Shown here: piece by piece, positions 1-9,713 of the stretch
Layout of the letters: each line of letters begins with the position of its first letter
Position numbering within the stretch: position 1 is the stretch's first letter
NCBI GenBank assembly: GCA_964203655.1
Contig: CAXNMJ010000005.1
Span: 52,407 to 116,406 of the forward strand
From: Ilumatobacteraceae bacterium
GTDB taxonomy: Bacteria > Actinomycetota > Acidimicrobiia > Acidimicrobiales > Ilumatobacteraceae
Direction: 5' to 3'
Length of the DNA: 64,000 bases
Notes under the pieces: generated by a model
Database searches by the model: none
Told to the model about the DNA's origin: nothing
What the model saw: the letters and a program-made list of their open reading frames with translations, nothing else
Made by a program: the position numbers and the translations under genes

Positions 1-235
1 CTGCGGCAAGTTTCTTTTCGTCTAATTGATTTGACCCGCTTACCAACGCCATCACGATTTCATTATCAACACCAAAGACCAAGCTCTTCACGATTTGACC
101 AACTACAACGCCGATTGCCGCAGCCGCATCTGCCGCAGTTTTGGTGCCTTCAGGAAACCTGCGAGTCGTAATCTCGAGACCCGCTTCGCGAGCTGCCGCA
201 ATCACTCGCAAAGTATTTGGATGCAAATCAGACAT
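1..235 (-). CDS. YbaK/EbsC-type aminoacyl-tRNA deacylase domain protein, N-terminal part only (gene runs off the window start)
   Basis: Not in the ORF track because it is edge-truncated. My translation of the minus strand from ATG 235-233 gives MSDLHPNTLRVIAAAREAGLEITTRRFPEGTKTAADAAAAIGVVVGQIVKSLVFGVDNEIVMALVSGSNQLDEKKLAA. This fits the YbaK/ProX editing-domain pattern (..aA.a.Gv....i.KSLvf..). Confidence 0.55.
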   Translation of the reverse strand, partial: MSDLHPNTLRVIAAAREAGLEITTRRFPEGTKTAADAAAAIGVVVGQIVKSLVFGVDNEIVMALVSGSNQLDEKKLAA

Positions 236-237
236 AT

Positions 238-1491
238 TTATGAGGATATAACGTCACTCTTAAGGTCTTTGTCTGACGCCGACCCAGCGAGTGAAAATAG
301 CATCGCGCCAAGAACCGAACAAATACCAGCCGCAAGATACGACGAGCGATAACCACCAGCAACGTCGTAGAGCCAGCCAAGAAGCAACGGCCCAAACGCT
401 GTGCCCGAAAAAGAAATCAAACCCGAACGAGCTGCAATACGCGGATAATCGCGCACACCAAAACGCTCGGCCAGCAACAACGATTGCATCATCACCATAT
501 TGCCGATCGTGATGCCGAACAAACCAATCGCAATCAACAACCCGACTCGGTTGTGAATTAGACCGATGCTCGCAAGCGAAATGCCTTGCATCGCCGCCAG
601 ACCAACTGTAAATCGTGTCATGTTTAGTTTGGGAATAACGCGTCCAGCAGCAAAACGCGAAATAATTGACATCGACGAAAGAACAATTGTTGCGAATGTT
701 GCAGTCGATCGATTGGTGCGTTCTTCAACAAGTTTTACGAGTTGAAGCGCACCACCAACTTGGGCACCGAGTGCGAAAATATAACCAAACGTGATTGCTT
801 TGAAGAACTTGCTTCGCACCGCATCTGACAAAGTTGTGCCTGTGATTTCGGCGACTTGACCGGGCTCGGTGCGCGCGCCGTCGGGCATCCAACCGTAAGG
901 TTGCGGGAACGCACGCAACAAAAAGAGCGTGACTGGTACGGTGCCGCAAAACCAAATCAACGCCAGCCACGGTGATCCGTTGCGAATGCCTTGTGTGTCG
1001 AGAATCCACTTAATAAATGGTGTAACAACGATGCCACCCATTGATAAACCTGTTGACGCGATCGCCAGTGCGCTTGCTCGGCGCACTTGAAACCATCGCG
1101 TAACCACTGTCGTGACTGGCCCCATGCCGGATGCCGACCAGCCGAGTGCGTAGAAACAATAAACAACAAAGAGTTGCCAACGTTGTTCGACAAAGCGCAT
1201 CGAAAACAACGCGAGAGCGGCAACCGTCGCACCGCCGATGATCATGATTCGCACATCGTGTTTGGCGATGAACTTGGCGATCGGAATACCCGAGATGCCA
1301 CCGACTAAGAAAAAGAATGTTGTGGCTAATGAAATTGACGAAACTGACCAACCCAGTTCACGGCTGAAGGCTTGCAAATAAACTGCCAACCCGTAGAAAC
1401 CGAGGCCAGAAGAAAACGTAAGCAAAGTGAAACATGCGGCAAGCACCCAGCCCCCGGGAAACTTTTTTGTTTGTTTGAAGACACTCTGCAT
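238..1491 (-). CDS. MFS transporter
   Basis: ORF 238..1596 has repeated hydrophobic helices typical of a 12-TM MFS. I moved the start to ATG 1491 (MQSVFKQTKKFPGGWVLAACF..). The 35 upstream codons are Arg-rich and overlap the next gene. Confidence 0.8.
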   Translation of the reverse strand: MQSVFKQTKKFPGGWVLAACFTLLTFSSGLGFYGLAVYLQAFSRELGWSVSSISLATTFFFLVGGISGIPIAKFIAKHDVRIMIIGGATVAALALFSMRFVEQRWQLFVVYCFYALGWSASGMGPVTTVVTRWFQVRRASALAIASTGLSMGGIVVTPFIKWILDTQGIRNGSPWLALIWFCGTVPVTLFLLRAFPQPYGWMPDGARTEPGQVAEITGTTLSDAVRSKFFKAITFGYIFALGAQVGGALQLVKLVEERTNRSTATFATIVLSSMSIISRFAAGRVIPKLNMTRFTVGLAAMQGISLASIGLIHNRVGLLIAIGLFGITIGNMVMMQSLLLAERFGVRDYPRIAARSGLISFSGTAFGPLLLGWLYDVAGGYRSSYLAAGICSVLGAMLFSLAGSASDKDLKSDVISS

Positions 1492-1496
1492 AATTT

Positions 1497-1736
1497 TTAT
1501 GCGAGCAGTTCGTCTATTGCGTTGGCAAGATCGTGATCGCGTTGCGTAATTGCGCCCTTGTCGTGTGAACAAAGCGAAATTTCGACGATGTTCCAACTAT
1601 TTGACCAATCTGGGTGATGATTTTGCAGTTCGGCGACCGCCGCAACTTTGGTCATGAACGCAAATGCCTCGGCGAAGTTGCGAAACTCAAACTTTTTATG
1701 CAGAGCGCCATCGATCTCTTGCCATTCGCTGTTCAC
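1497..1736 (-). CDS. 4a-hydroxytetrahydrobiopterin (pterin-4a-carbinolamine) dehydratase, PCD/DCoH family
   Basis: 79 aa. FRNFAEAFAFMTKVAAVAELQNHHPDWSNSWNIVEISLCSHD matches the PCD signature, including the HHPD core. Confidence 0.85.
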   Translation of the reverse strand: MNSEWQEIDGALHKKFEFRNFAEAFAFMTKVAAVAELQNHHPDWSNSWNIVEISLCSHDKGAITQRDHDLANAIDELLA

Positions 1737-1831
1737 GCGACAACCTTAGATTGTCGGCGTTGCGATTTAGTTAGTTCAGCGGGGCGTGACAGGCAACAGC
1801 GCCATGCTTGCTTGACGAAAGCGATGGTCGT

Positions 1832-3802
1832 TCAGCTGGCGCAACGGGCCGCAAGTTCAGGTGACAAAGTCGCCCGAACATGGCAACGCGTGTGAAAGCG
1901 ACAACCTGAGGGCGGATTCGCCGGACTTGGAAGTTCACCTTGCAGCAGAATTCGTTTGCGTACACGCTCGACTTTCGGATCAGGAATCGGCACTGCCGAG
2001 AGCAACGCTTGCGTATACGGGTGTTGCGGGTTGGCAAACACTTCACGAACCGGGCCCGACTCGACGATTGAGCCGAGATACATGACGGCAATATCGTCGG
2101 CGACATGTTGAACAACTGCCAAGTCGTGCGAGACGAACAAGTAACTCAAGTTCAGTTTTTCTTGCAACTCGGCAAGCAAGTTGAGCACGCCAGCACGAAC
2201 GCTGACATCAAGTGCCGAAACTGGCTCGTCAAGCGCGATGATTTTGGGGTTCAGCGCCAACGCACGGGCGATCGCAATTCTTTGTCGCTGTCCACCTGAA
2301 AACTCATTCGGATACTTTGCCGCTTGATTCGGATTGAGCCCCACAAGTTCGAGCAACTCATCGACACGTTTATTTTGATCGACTTGTTTCATTCCAAAAT
2401 TTTCGAGTGGCTCGGCGATTGCATCGCCAATTGGCAATCTTGGGTCAAGTGACGCGAACGGATCTTGGAAAACAATTTGCAGGTCTTTGCGCATTTCTAG
2501 ACGATCTGCTTTTGAAAGATCTGCAACGTTGCGACCCAAGAGCGTGATTGTGCCAGCCTCTGGTGCGACCATGTTTAAAATCTCGAGCAGTGTCGTGGTC
2601 TTGCCGCAACCTGACTCTCCGACGAGGGCCAAACTGCGACCTTGGCGCAAAACAAGATCAACACCATCGACCGCATAAACAGAGCCGACGCGACGACGCA
2701 TCAACGAACCCTTAAGTAAAGGGAAAGTTTTCTTGAGTCCACGCACCTCGAGGGCAACAGCGTCGCTGATGTTTGCCGAGACAACATGCGCCGGACCTTG
2801 TTGAAACAGTTTGCCCGAATCTTGCAAAGCGAAAATTTCACTCTGGCGAACGCATGCTGTCATGCGAGTTGGTGAAAGGCTAATTAATTCAGGTATTTTT
2901 TCACCGCACACATTGCTTGCTGCTGGACAACGGGGCGCAAAAGCGCAACCATTTGGCAAATTAACTGGCGAGGCTGGCGCGCCGGCGATTGAAGTGAGTC
3001 GCTCACCAGAGACAGCGTCAAGTCTTGGAATTGAACGCAACAAACCAATTGTGTAAGGCATTGCAGGTTGGGCGTAAATTTCATCAACCGGTCCAACTTC
3101 TACTACTTTGCCGGCGTACATAATCGCCACTCGGTCAGCAATGCCAGCTACAACGCCGAGGTCATGTGTAACCAAAACGATTGCGGCACCTGTCATGTCG
3201 CGAGCAGTTTTCAGAACGTCCAAAATTTGTGCCTGCACCGTTACGTCAAGCGCCGTTGTCGGCTCGTCGGCAAGCAAAACTTTTGGTTCATTGGCAATTG
3301 CTAAAGCAATCATCACGCGCTGACGCATACCACCAGAAAATTCGTGCGGATACGACTGCGCACGTTCGGCTGGTCGCGGAATACCGACAATCTCGAGCAA
3401 CTCAATTGCGCGCTTATGTGCCGCTTCAGTTGAAATATCTTTGTGAATCAATAATGCTTCAGCAATTTGTCGACCGATTGTATGAACTGGGTTCAACGCC
3501 GAAAGAGGATCTTGAAAGATCATCGCGATTTCGTTGCCGCGATGCTTCGACATCTGTTCGTCGTTAAGCGACAACAGGTTGACACCATTAAACATCACTG
3601 AGCCAGAAATCGTCGCACTGTCAGGGAGCAACCCGATCGCCGCAAGTGAAGTTACCGTTTTGCCTGAACCCGATTCGCCGACAATGCCCAGCACTTCGCC
3701 TGCTCGAATGTCAAGCGAAATATCTCGAACTGCTTGAACCGTGCCAGCCTCACTTGGAAATGTGACTGAAAGGTTTCGGATCTCAATAAGTGAGTTGCTC
3801 AT
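1832..3802 (-). CDS. Peptide (Dpp/Opp-type) ABC transporter ATPase with two fused ATP-binding cassettes
   Basis: 656 aa. Two Walker A motifs (GESGSGKT, GESGCGKT) and two signature motifs (FSGGMRQR, FSGGQRQR). It also has the Cys-containing oligopeptide C-terminal extensions (NGCAFAPRC, SGCRFHTRC). TAATG overlap with the upstream permease gene. Confidence 0.9.
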   Translation of the reverse strand: MSNSLIEIRNLSVTFPSEAGTVQAVRDISLDIRAGEVLGIVGESGSGKTVTSLAAIGLLPDSATISGSVMFNGVNLLSLNDEQMSKHRGNEIAMIFQDPLSALNPVHTIGRQIAEALLIHKDISTEAAHKRAIELLEIVGIPRPAERAQSYPHEFSGGMRQRVMIALAIANEPKVLLADEPTTALDVTVQAQILDVLKTARDMTGAAIVLVTHDLGVVAGIADRVAIMYAGKVVEVGPVDEIYAQPAMPYTIGLLRSIPRLDAVSGERLTSIAGAPASPVNLPNGCAFAPRCPAASNVCGEKIPELISLSPTRMTACVRQSEIFALQDSGKLFQQGPAHVVSANISDAVALEVRGLKKTFPLLKGSLMRRRVGSVYAVDGVDLVLRQGRSLALVGESGCGKTTTLLEILNMVAPEAGTITLLGRNVADLSKADRLEMRKDLQIVFQDPFASLDPRLPIGDAIAEPLENFGMKQVDQNKRVDELLELVGLNPNQAAKYPNEFSGGQRQRIAIARALALNPKIIALDEPVSALDVSVRAGVLNLLAELQEKLNLSYLFVSHDLAVVQHVADDIAVMYLGSIVESGPVREVFANPQHPYTQALLSAVPIPDPKVERVRKRILLQGELPSPANPPSGCRFHTRCHVRATLSPELAARCAS

Positions 3803-4695
3803 TATTTGACACTCTTCTTTACACGCAACGAACCTGGGTCAAACGCGTCGCGAAGTCCGTCACCAATAAAACTGACGGCCAAAACCGTGAAAATCAAAAT
3901 TGAACCAGCAAACAAGAAAAGCCACGGATAAGTAAGTGCGGCGCTGGTGCCTTCGGCGATAAGCGTGCCGAGCGAAACATCTGGTGCCGAAACTCCGAAA
4001 CCCAAATATGACAAACCCGTTTCGGCAAGAATCGCGCCACCGACGTTGAGCGTCGCCGCAATAATTAGCACCGAAGCCATGTTTGGCAACAAGTGGCGAA
4101 CAATAATCTTTCGAGTCGGAACACCCATGTATTTTGCGGCGCGAACAAAGTCGCGCTCGCGCAAACTCATTGCAAGACCCCGCACCACGCGGGCGGTGAT
4201 CATCCAGTCAAAAATTGTGAGACCGATAACCAACAACAACCACGACTTACCCTGATAAAAGCGTGACAAAATAACCAGAACCAAAAACGACGGCAGCACC
4301 AACATCAAGTCGACAAACCACATGCTTGCTTTGTCAGTTCGACCACCGAGATAGCCGGCAACAGAACCAACGATTGCAGAAAGACCTGTCGAAAAAACCG
4401 CAACCAAAAGGCCGATGATCAGTGACTTCTGCAAACCACGGGTGGTCTGAGCAAAAACATCGACACCAACTTGAGTGGTGCCAAACCAGTGAGACAGTGA
4501 CGGGCCTTGCAACAGACTCGAGAAGTCGTTTTCTGAGTAACTCCATTGAGCAATGTATGGCCCACCGAACGCAAAGAGAAACATGAAGGCAATTACGTAG
4601 ATGCCAAAAACCGCCGACTTGTTGCGGAAGAAACGTCGGCGAATTAGTTGACCACGCGAAATGCGCTCAACTGATGTTGCGTTATCTACTGTCAT
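3802..4695 (-). CDS. Peptide ABC transporter permease (DppC/OppC-like)
   Basis: 297 aa polytopic membrane protein with a BPD-transporter-type loop (..ERDFVRAAKYMGVPTRKIIVRHLLPN..). 4-nt overlap with the preceding permease gene. Confidence 0.85.
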   Translation of the reverse strand: MTVDNATSVERISRGQLIRRRFFRNKSAVFGIYVIAFMFLFAFGGPYIAQWSYSENDFSSLLQGPSLSHWFGTTQVGVDVFAQTTRGLQKSLIIGLLVAVFSTGLSAIVGSVAGYLGGRTDKASMWFVDLMLVLPSFLVLVILSRFYQGKSWLLLVIGLTIFDWMITARVVRGLAMSLRERDFVRAAKYMGVPTRKIIVRHLLPNMASVLIIAATLNVGGAILAETGLSYLGFGVSAPDVSLGTLIAEGTSAALTYPWLFLFAGSILIFTVLAVSFIGDGLRDAFDPGSLRVKKSVK

Positions 4696-5678
4696 GCGCG
4701 CGACCTGACTCTCGGGTCGAGAATCGCCAAAATAATGTCAGCCAAGAATCCTGAAAAGAGAACCAGCACTGCGGTGAACGTAACTACTGCACTCACCGAG
4801 TTGATGTCGTTTTTACCAACCGACGAGATGAACCACTGCCCCATTCCGTACCAACCATAAATCGTTTCAGTGAATGCCGCACCTGCAATCAAGAGACCGA
4901 AACCGTAAGCGAAAAAAGTCGCCATCGGAGAAATTGCAACTCGCAGGCCGTGCTTGAAAAGTGCTTGACGCTTTGTCAAACCTTTTGCACGGGCAGTACG
5001 CAAGTGGTCGCTACTGAGAACGTCGAGCATTGTGTTGCGTTGATAACGCGAATAAAAAGAGATGCTGCCTAACGCGATTGAGAGCGTCGGCAAAATTAAA
5101 TGTTGAAGTCGATCGCCGAACGCTGCGAGCGACGAGCCAGTAAAGCCCGGTGTGTACTCGCCTTGCGTGAAGAAAAATGTCGAGCCGACAGAGTCGTTGA
5201 ATTTAATGCCGACAAACTTAAGTAAGACTGCGAGCAAGAAAACTGGAGTCGACAAAATAATGTAGGCAAACAAACTTGAGCTTCGGTCAAACAGGTCATA
5301 CTGGCGAACAGCACTTGTCACACCGATTATGACTCCGACTGTTGCACCAAGAAGCGAGCCCAGCAACAAGAGTCGCAGGCTGACCCAAACACGACGGCTG
5401 AACTCTTCGTTAACTCTGTTTTGCTCGAGATCTTCACCGAAGTCGCCTTGAATTACGTTCGAAGCCCACTTGACGTATCGCGTAGTGAAGGGCACTTCGT
5501 CATTGACGTTTGCACGATTCAAAACCGCGTCGATTGACTCTTTTGGGATTGGCGGATTTGCGGCCTCATAATTACCTCGAGGGCTCAGCGCACTCGACGC
5601 CAAAAAATATCCGACTGAGGATGCGATGATCACCATAAAGATGAAGTTCAAAAATCGCTTGACGACATAACCCAACAT
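4692..5678 (-). CDS. Peptide ABC transporter permease (DppB/OppB-like)
   Basis: ORF 4692..5699 contains ..DHLRTARAKGLTKRQALFKHGLRVAISPM.., the EAA-type loop of DppB/OppB. ATG 5678 (MLGYVVKRFLNFI..) is preferred over the TTG at 5699. The start is uncertain. Confidence 0.85.
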   Translation of the reverse strand: MLGYVVKRFLNFIFMVIIASSVGYFLASSALSPRGNYEAANPPIPKESIDAVLNRANVNDEVPFTTRYVKWASNVIQGDFGEDLEQNRVNEEFSRRVWVSLRLLLLGSLLGATVGVIIGVTSAVRQYDLFDRSSSLFAYIILSTPVFLLAVLLKFVGIKFNDSVGSTFFFTQGEYTPGFTGSSLAAFGDRLQHLILPTLSIALGSISFYSRYQRNTMLDVLSSDHLRTARAKGLTKRQALFKHGLRVAISPMATFFAYGFGLLIAGAAFTETIYGWYGMGQWFISSVGKNDINSVSAVVTFTAVLVLFSGFLADIILAILDPRVRSRA

Positions 5679-5858
5679 GTAAGAACCTATAAACCTCAAT
5701 GAATATATGGAAACTGCGAACTCCGAACGCTACCATCGCGACACCCTGGGGTTACAAAAAAGTGAATTTCAAGTGAACAAGTCGGCTTTCCCTTTGTTAG
5801 TTTTAAGGGTACTAAAACCAACGGCAATCGTCGCTGGTCCCAAAACGAAGGGGAATTA

Positions 5859-7542
5859 ATGAATAAGAAACTAGTGAAGCGCGTTATAGCCATAGCTATC
5901 GCTGGCGCATGTTGTCGCACCGACTCGGTATGACAGACACAAGTCGGTGCTACTAAAGCTAAAGACGATGGAAATCGTCAAATCAACGAAACGCCGGTAG
6001 CAAATCTCAAACAAGGTGGAGTTTTCCGCTACGTTCAAGTAGATATTTGCCCGAACTTCAATACCAGCGCAATTGAGGGAAACCTTCTTAACTGCAGCCA
6101 GGTAATGGGCACAATGTTGCCGCAGTACATCTACTTCGACAAGAACACACAGATTCAAATCGATAAAAACTACGCCGAAGCACGTGACAGTATCACGTGT
6201 AGGTGGCAAGCAGACTGTTACTTACAAACTTAACCCAAAGGCTAAGTGGAGCGACGGTAAGAAGATTGGTCTTGCAGACTTCGTGGGCATGTGGAATGCA
6301 CAGAAGAAGACAGGCCAGGGCTTCAACATCACGTCATCAGTTGGATACGAAAAAATTGAATCAGTCAAAAAAGGAAAGACTGACAATGAAATCGTTGTAA
6401 CTTTCAGCGAGACATACCCTGACTGGCAGCCACTTTTCAGTGCGCTCAAGCCAGCATCGTTGACAGCAACACCAGACGCCTTCAACACTTCATGGAAGGC
6501 AGCACCACTCGTGACTGCTGGTCCATTTAAGTTCAAGGCACTTGACAAAGTGACGCGCACAATTACGGTTGAGCGTGACAACAAGTGGTGGGGCGACAAG
6601 CCAGTGCTTGAGACGATCATCTTCAAGGCTTTGCCACAAGTCGCACAAATCGACGCTCTTTTGAACGGCGAAATTGACTACATGGACATCGGTAACGATT
6701 CAAACGCTCTCAAGCGTGCCCGTGAAAATGCAAAGATCAGCGTGCTCCTTGCTAAGGCTCCGACTCACGAACACTTCACCTTTGGTCTTCAAAATCAACC
6801 AGTGGTTGGAGATGTTGCGGTGCGTCAGGCAATCATGCTTTCATTAGACCGTCAACAGATTGCAACAGCGATCCAAGGCATCGTTGATCCAAAAGTCAAG
6901 CCAAACAACAACCACGTTTTCCTTGACGGAGTAGCTTGCAACCAAGACAACACAGGCAATCTCGGTAAGCGAGACGTGACAGCAGCAAACAAGTTGCTTG
7001 ATGGCGCCGGTTGGGTCAAGGGTTCAGACGGCATTCGTTCAAAGGGCGGCGTTCGTCTTTCGGTCGCGTTGAAGTACCCGAGCGGTAACGACAACCGCCG
7101 TGACACAGTTCTGCTTGCATCAGCAATGGCAAAAGAAGCAGGTATCGAATTGGTACCGACTTTGGTTCCGTCAGCGCAATATTTCACCTTGGCCAATATC
7201 ACTGGTGGTCAATTTGAAATGGCAATCTTTGCGTGGAGTGGAACCAACTTCCCAATTTCGTCATCCGGCAACCTCTACAAAATTGGTACTGCACAGAACT
7301 TCGGCAATATTGGAAGCAAAACAATTGACGATTTGTTCACAAAGGCAAACAACATTCTTGACAGCAAGAAGCGTTGTGAGATTGCAAACCAAGCCGACAA
7401 AGAGGTGTACAAGCTTGTTCACTCGATCACATTGTTCCAACGCAATAACGTCGTTGGTGTGCCAAAGAATGTTGCCAACTTCGGCGCATTCGGTTTCACA
7501 TCAATTGACTGGACAAAGGTCGGATTTACAAAGACCAAGTAA
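5859..7542 (+). pseudogene. Family-5 (Dpp/Opp) solute-binding lipoprotein gene, disrupted by an in-frame TGA (5931-5933) and a +1 frameshift near 6183
   Basis: ATG 5859 follows GAAGGGGA and encodes MNKKLVKRVIAIAIAGAC (signal peptide with a lipobox-like end), then TGA. The same frame continues ..GGVFRYVQVDICPNFNTSAIEGN..LPQYIYFDKNTQIQIDKNYAEA. Homology then moves to the +1 frame (ORF 6184..7542: VTVSRVGGKQTVTYKLNPKAKWSDG..). Confidence 0.8.
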
Positions 7543-7562
7543 TTAGTAGTTAGTAAGAAAAT

Positions 7563-7600
7563 GGCGGGTAGTCCGAAAGGACTACCCGCCATTTTTATTT
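7563..7600. terminator. Bidirectional intrinsic terminator between the convergent SBP gene and sufC
   Basis: Perfect 12-bp stem GGCGGGTAGTCC / GGACTACCCGCC with a GAAA loop (7563-7590). It is flanked by AAAA on the left and TTTTTATTT on the right. Confidence 0.8.
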
Positions 7601-8330
7601 ATACGTTTGTGTAAGCGGCGTAGCCGGTGACTTCAAGTTCGTCGGCCAACTCTGGGCCTGCGCTCTTGACGATGCGACCGTTGGTCAAAATATGCACGAA
7701 GTCGGGTTTGAGTTGTTCAAACAGTCGGCTGTAGTGGGTAATAACAAGCACCCCGAGGTTGATCTCGCGTGTTGCATCTTCAACGCGCTGAGCGCAATCA
7801 CGAAGTGCATCAATGTCAAGGCCAGAGTCGAGTTCGTCGAGAATCGCGATCTTTGGTTGCAAAACGGAAAGTTGCAAAGTTTCACTTCGCTTTTTCTCAC
7901 CACCCGAGAAGTCGACATTCACCGAACGAGTCACTAGTTCTGGGTCGAATCCAATTCGTTTGGCTTCGGTTTCAATGAGTTGTTTTAGTTGCCTCGAATC
8001 TTGGTTACGCGCATCTAAAGCCGCCGACATTGCCTCTTGCAACATCACGCCCGGAATTTCGGTTGGGTATTGCATGATCAGATGCAAACCCGCAGTTGCT
8101 CGCTGCCAGGTCGGTAAAGCCAAAACATCGACGCCATCGAGCGTGACACTGCCACTAGTAACCGTGTAGCCCGGCTTGCCCATCAATGCTGCCGACAAAG
8201 TCGATTTGCCAGCACCGTTCGGACCCATCACGGCATGAACTTCGCCAGAGTTGATCGTGAGCGAAACATCATTCAAAATTTGTGTGCCACCAACGCTGAC
8301 AGCGAGATTTTTGATTACGAGTGTTGTCAT
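7599..8330 (-). CDS. sufC: Fe-S cluster assembly ATPase SufC
   Basis: Walker A GPNGAGKSTL and FSGGEKKR. The N-terminus MTTLVIKNLAVSV matches the usual SufC start. ATG 8330 is preferred over ORF-track start 8354, which overlaps the Rieske gene. Confidence 0.9.
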   Translation of the reverse strand: MTTLVIKNLAVSVGGTQILNDVSLTINSGEVHAVMGPNGAGKSTLSAALMGKPGYTVTSGSVTLDGVDVLALPTWQRATAGLHLIMQYPTEIPGVMLQEAMSAALDARNQDSRQLKQLIETEAKRIGFDPELVTRSVNVDFSGGEKKRSETLQLSVLQPKIAILDELDSGLDIDALRDCAQRVEDATREINLGVLVITHYSRLFEQLKPDFVHILTNGRIVKSAGPELADELEVTGYAAYTNV

Positions 8331-8340
8331 TTGTAGAGCC

Positions 8341-8652
8341 TCACTTGACGTCAATTACGACTGAGCCGTCTTCAATGGTTGCAACGTAAACAGGCACTGG
8401 CTGAGTTGCCGGCAGTGTGTTGGGTTTTCCGGTCTCAAGACTGAAGCAACTTGCATGGCGAACGCACTCGATTTCTTTCGTGTCAATAATGACTTCGCCG
8501 TCTGAGAGCGCAACATCTGCATGGCTGCACTTGTCGCCGATTGCATAGACCTTGTCGTCGATTCGCACGACGGCGATCGCCCGCTCGCCCACTACGAACC
8601 GCACAGCCTTGCCCGAGACGAGTTCGTCAAATGTGCAAACTGTTGTTTTCAT
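8341..8652 (-). CDS. Rieske-type [2Fe-2S] ferredoxin-like protein of the actinobacterial suf operon
   Basis: 103 aa with CSH...CVRH (CxH / CxxH Rieske ligands). Its position between sufD and sufC matches actinobacterial suf clusters. 4-nt overlap with sufD. Confidence 0.75.
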   Translation of the reverse strand: MKTTVCTFDELVSGKAVRFVVGERAIAVVRIDDKVYAIGDKCSHADVALSDGEVIIDTKEIECVRHASCFSLETGKPNTLPATQPVPVYVATIEDGSVVIDVK

Positions 8653-9713
8653 TTGGATGCTCCTAATAGTTTTGCGCTTACGCGCTCGCGCAGATCAGCG
8701 ATGAACGGCACGGCCGGCAAGCGATCGAGAACTTCGCCAAAGAAACCGAGCACGACGAGTCGCTCAGCGATTTCGGGCTTGATGCCGCGACTCTCAAGAT
8801 AAAAACGTTGCTCGTCATCAATCGGACCAACCGTGCTGGCATGACTGCACTTGACGTCATTTGTTTCGATCTCGAGATTTGGAACACTTTCGGCCCATGC
8901 ACCGTTTGAAAGAGTGAGATTGCGATTGGTTTGAAACGCTTCTGACTTCGTCGCGTTTTCGCGAATGCGAATCAAACCCGTATAAACACTTTTTGCAGTG
9001 TCTTTGACCGCACCTTTGAATAGCAGATCGCTGCGAGTGCGCGGCGCGGCGTGATCTTGCAACGTGCGAAAGTCGTGCATCTGTGTTGAGCCAGCAAAAT
9101 AGAGTGCGACTTGTTGCGAATTAGCGCCTTGGCCTTCTAGTCGAACTTCAGCACGAACGCGCGCATAATCGCCGCCAAGAGCGACCGAGAAAAGTTTCAT
9201 CATTGAATCGCGTTGACCCACAGCCTGCTGATAACCGATCTGCCATGTCGCAGCACCGAGTTCGTTGATCGCCACGTATGTAACTCGCGCCGATTGGGCC
9301 GCACGCACATCGACAACAGGCACAACGAGTGACGCAATATCATCGCCCGAAATGAAGCGCTCAACGATCGTGATTTCGCTGTTTTCTTGGGCATCAATGA
9401 CCAGACGCGGGTATGCGACAACGCCTGACTCATTGAGTGAGTGAGTAATAATTATTGGCTGAGTAATCGTCTGACCTTTGGCAACGCAGATAGCAGTTAG
9501 CGCCGCATTTTTGGCGTTTAAGTCTTCGAACAGATCGCTTGAAGTGCGAGGCACAACACTTGTTGTGCGTGAAACAACTTTTTTAATCGAGTCTGCTGGC
9601 CCGTCGATTGTGGTTGTTACTTGACCAGGTCGAAAACGCTCGAGGTCGAGTTCGCCGATGCGGCTGTAACGCCAGATCTCTTCGTCGACGGTTGGAATCG
9701 TCACAGTACTCAT
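8649..9713 (-). CDS. sufD: Fe-S cluster assembly protein SufD
   Basis: 354 aa. The C-terminal part (..NLEIETNDVKCSHASTVGPIDDEQRFYLESRGI..) is the SufB/SufD beta-helix signature. Operon position fits. Confidence 0.85.
   Translation of the reverse strand: MSTVTIPTVDEEIWRYSRIGELDLERFRPGQVTTTIDGPADSIKKVVSRTTSVVPRTSSDLFEDLNAKNAALTAICVAKGQTITQPIIITHSLNESGVVAYPRLVIDAQENSEITIVERFISGDDIASLVVPVVDVRAAQSARVTYVAINELGAATWQIGYQQAVGQRDSMMKLFSVALGGDYARVRAEVRLEGQGANSQQVALYFAGSTQMHDFRTLQDHAAPRTRSDLLFKGAVKDTAKSVYTGLIRIRENATKSEAFQTNRNLTLSNGAWAESVPNLEIETNDVKCSHASTVGPIDDEQRFYLESRGIKPEIAERLVVLGFFGEVLDRLPAVPFIADLRERVSAKLLGASK

Noticed and set aside
1492-1596. 35-codon extension of the MFS ORF. Similar upstream extensions occur on tatD (15357), ispE (17541), mazG (26536), coxS (34958), coxL (35395), sufC (8354) and rplY (20907).
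   Set aside because: These extensions overlap the preceding gene and are compositionally odd. An internal ATG with an RBS or tight stop-start spacing gives the canonical N-terminus.
5931-5933. In-frame TGA in the SBP gene as a selenocysteine or readthrough codon
   Set aside because: It sits in the unstructured linker just after the lipobox. I see no SECIS-like hairpin in the 40 nt downstream, and the same gene also has a frameshift. Mutation or error is more parsimonious.
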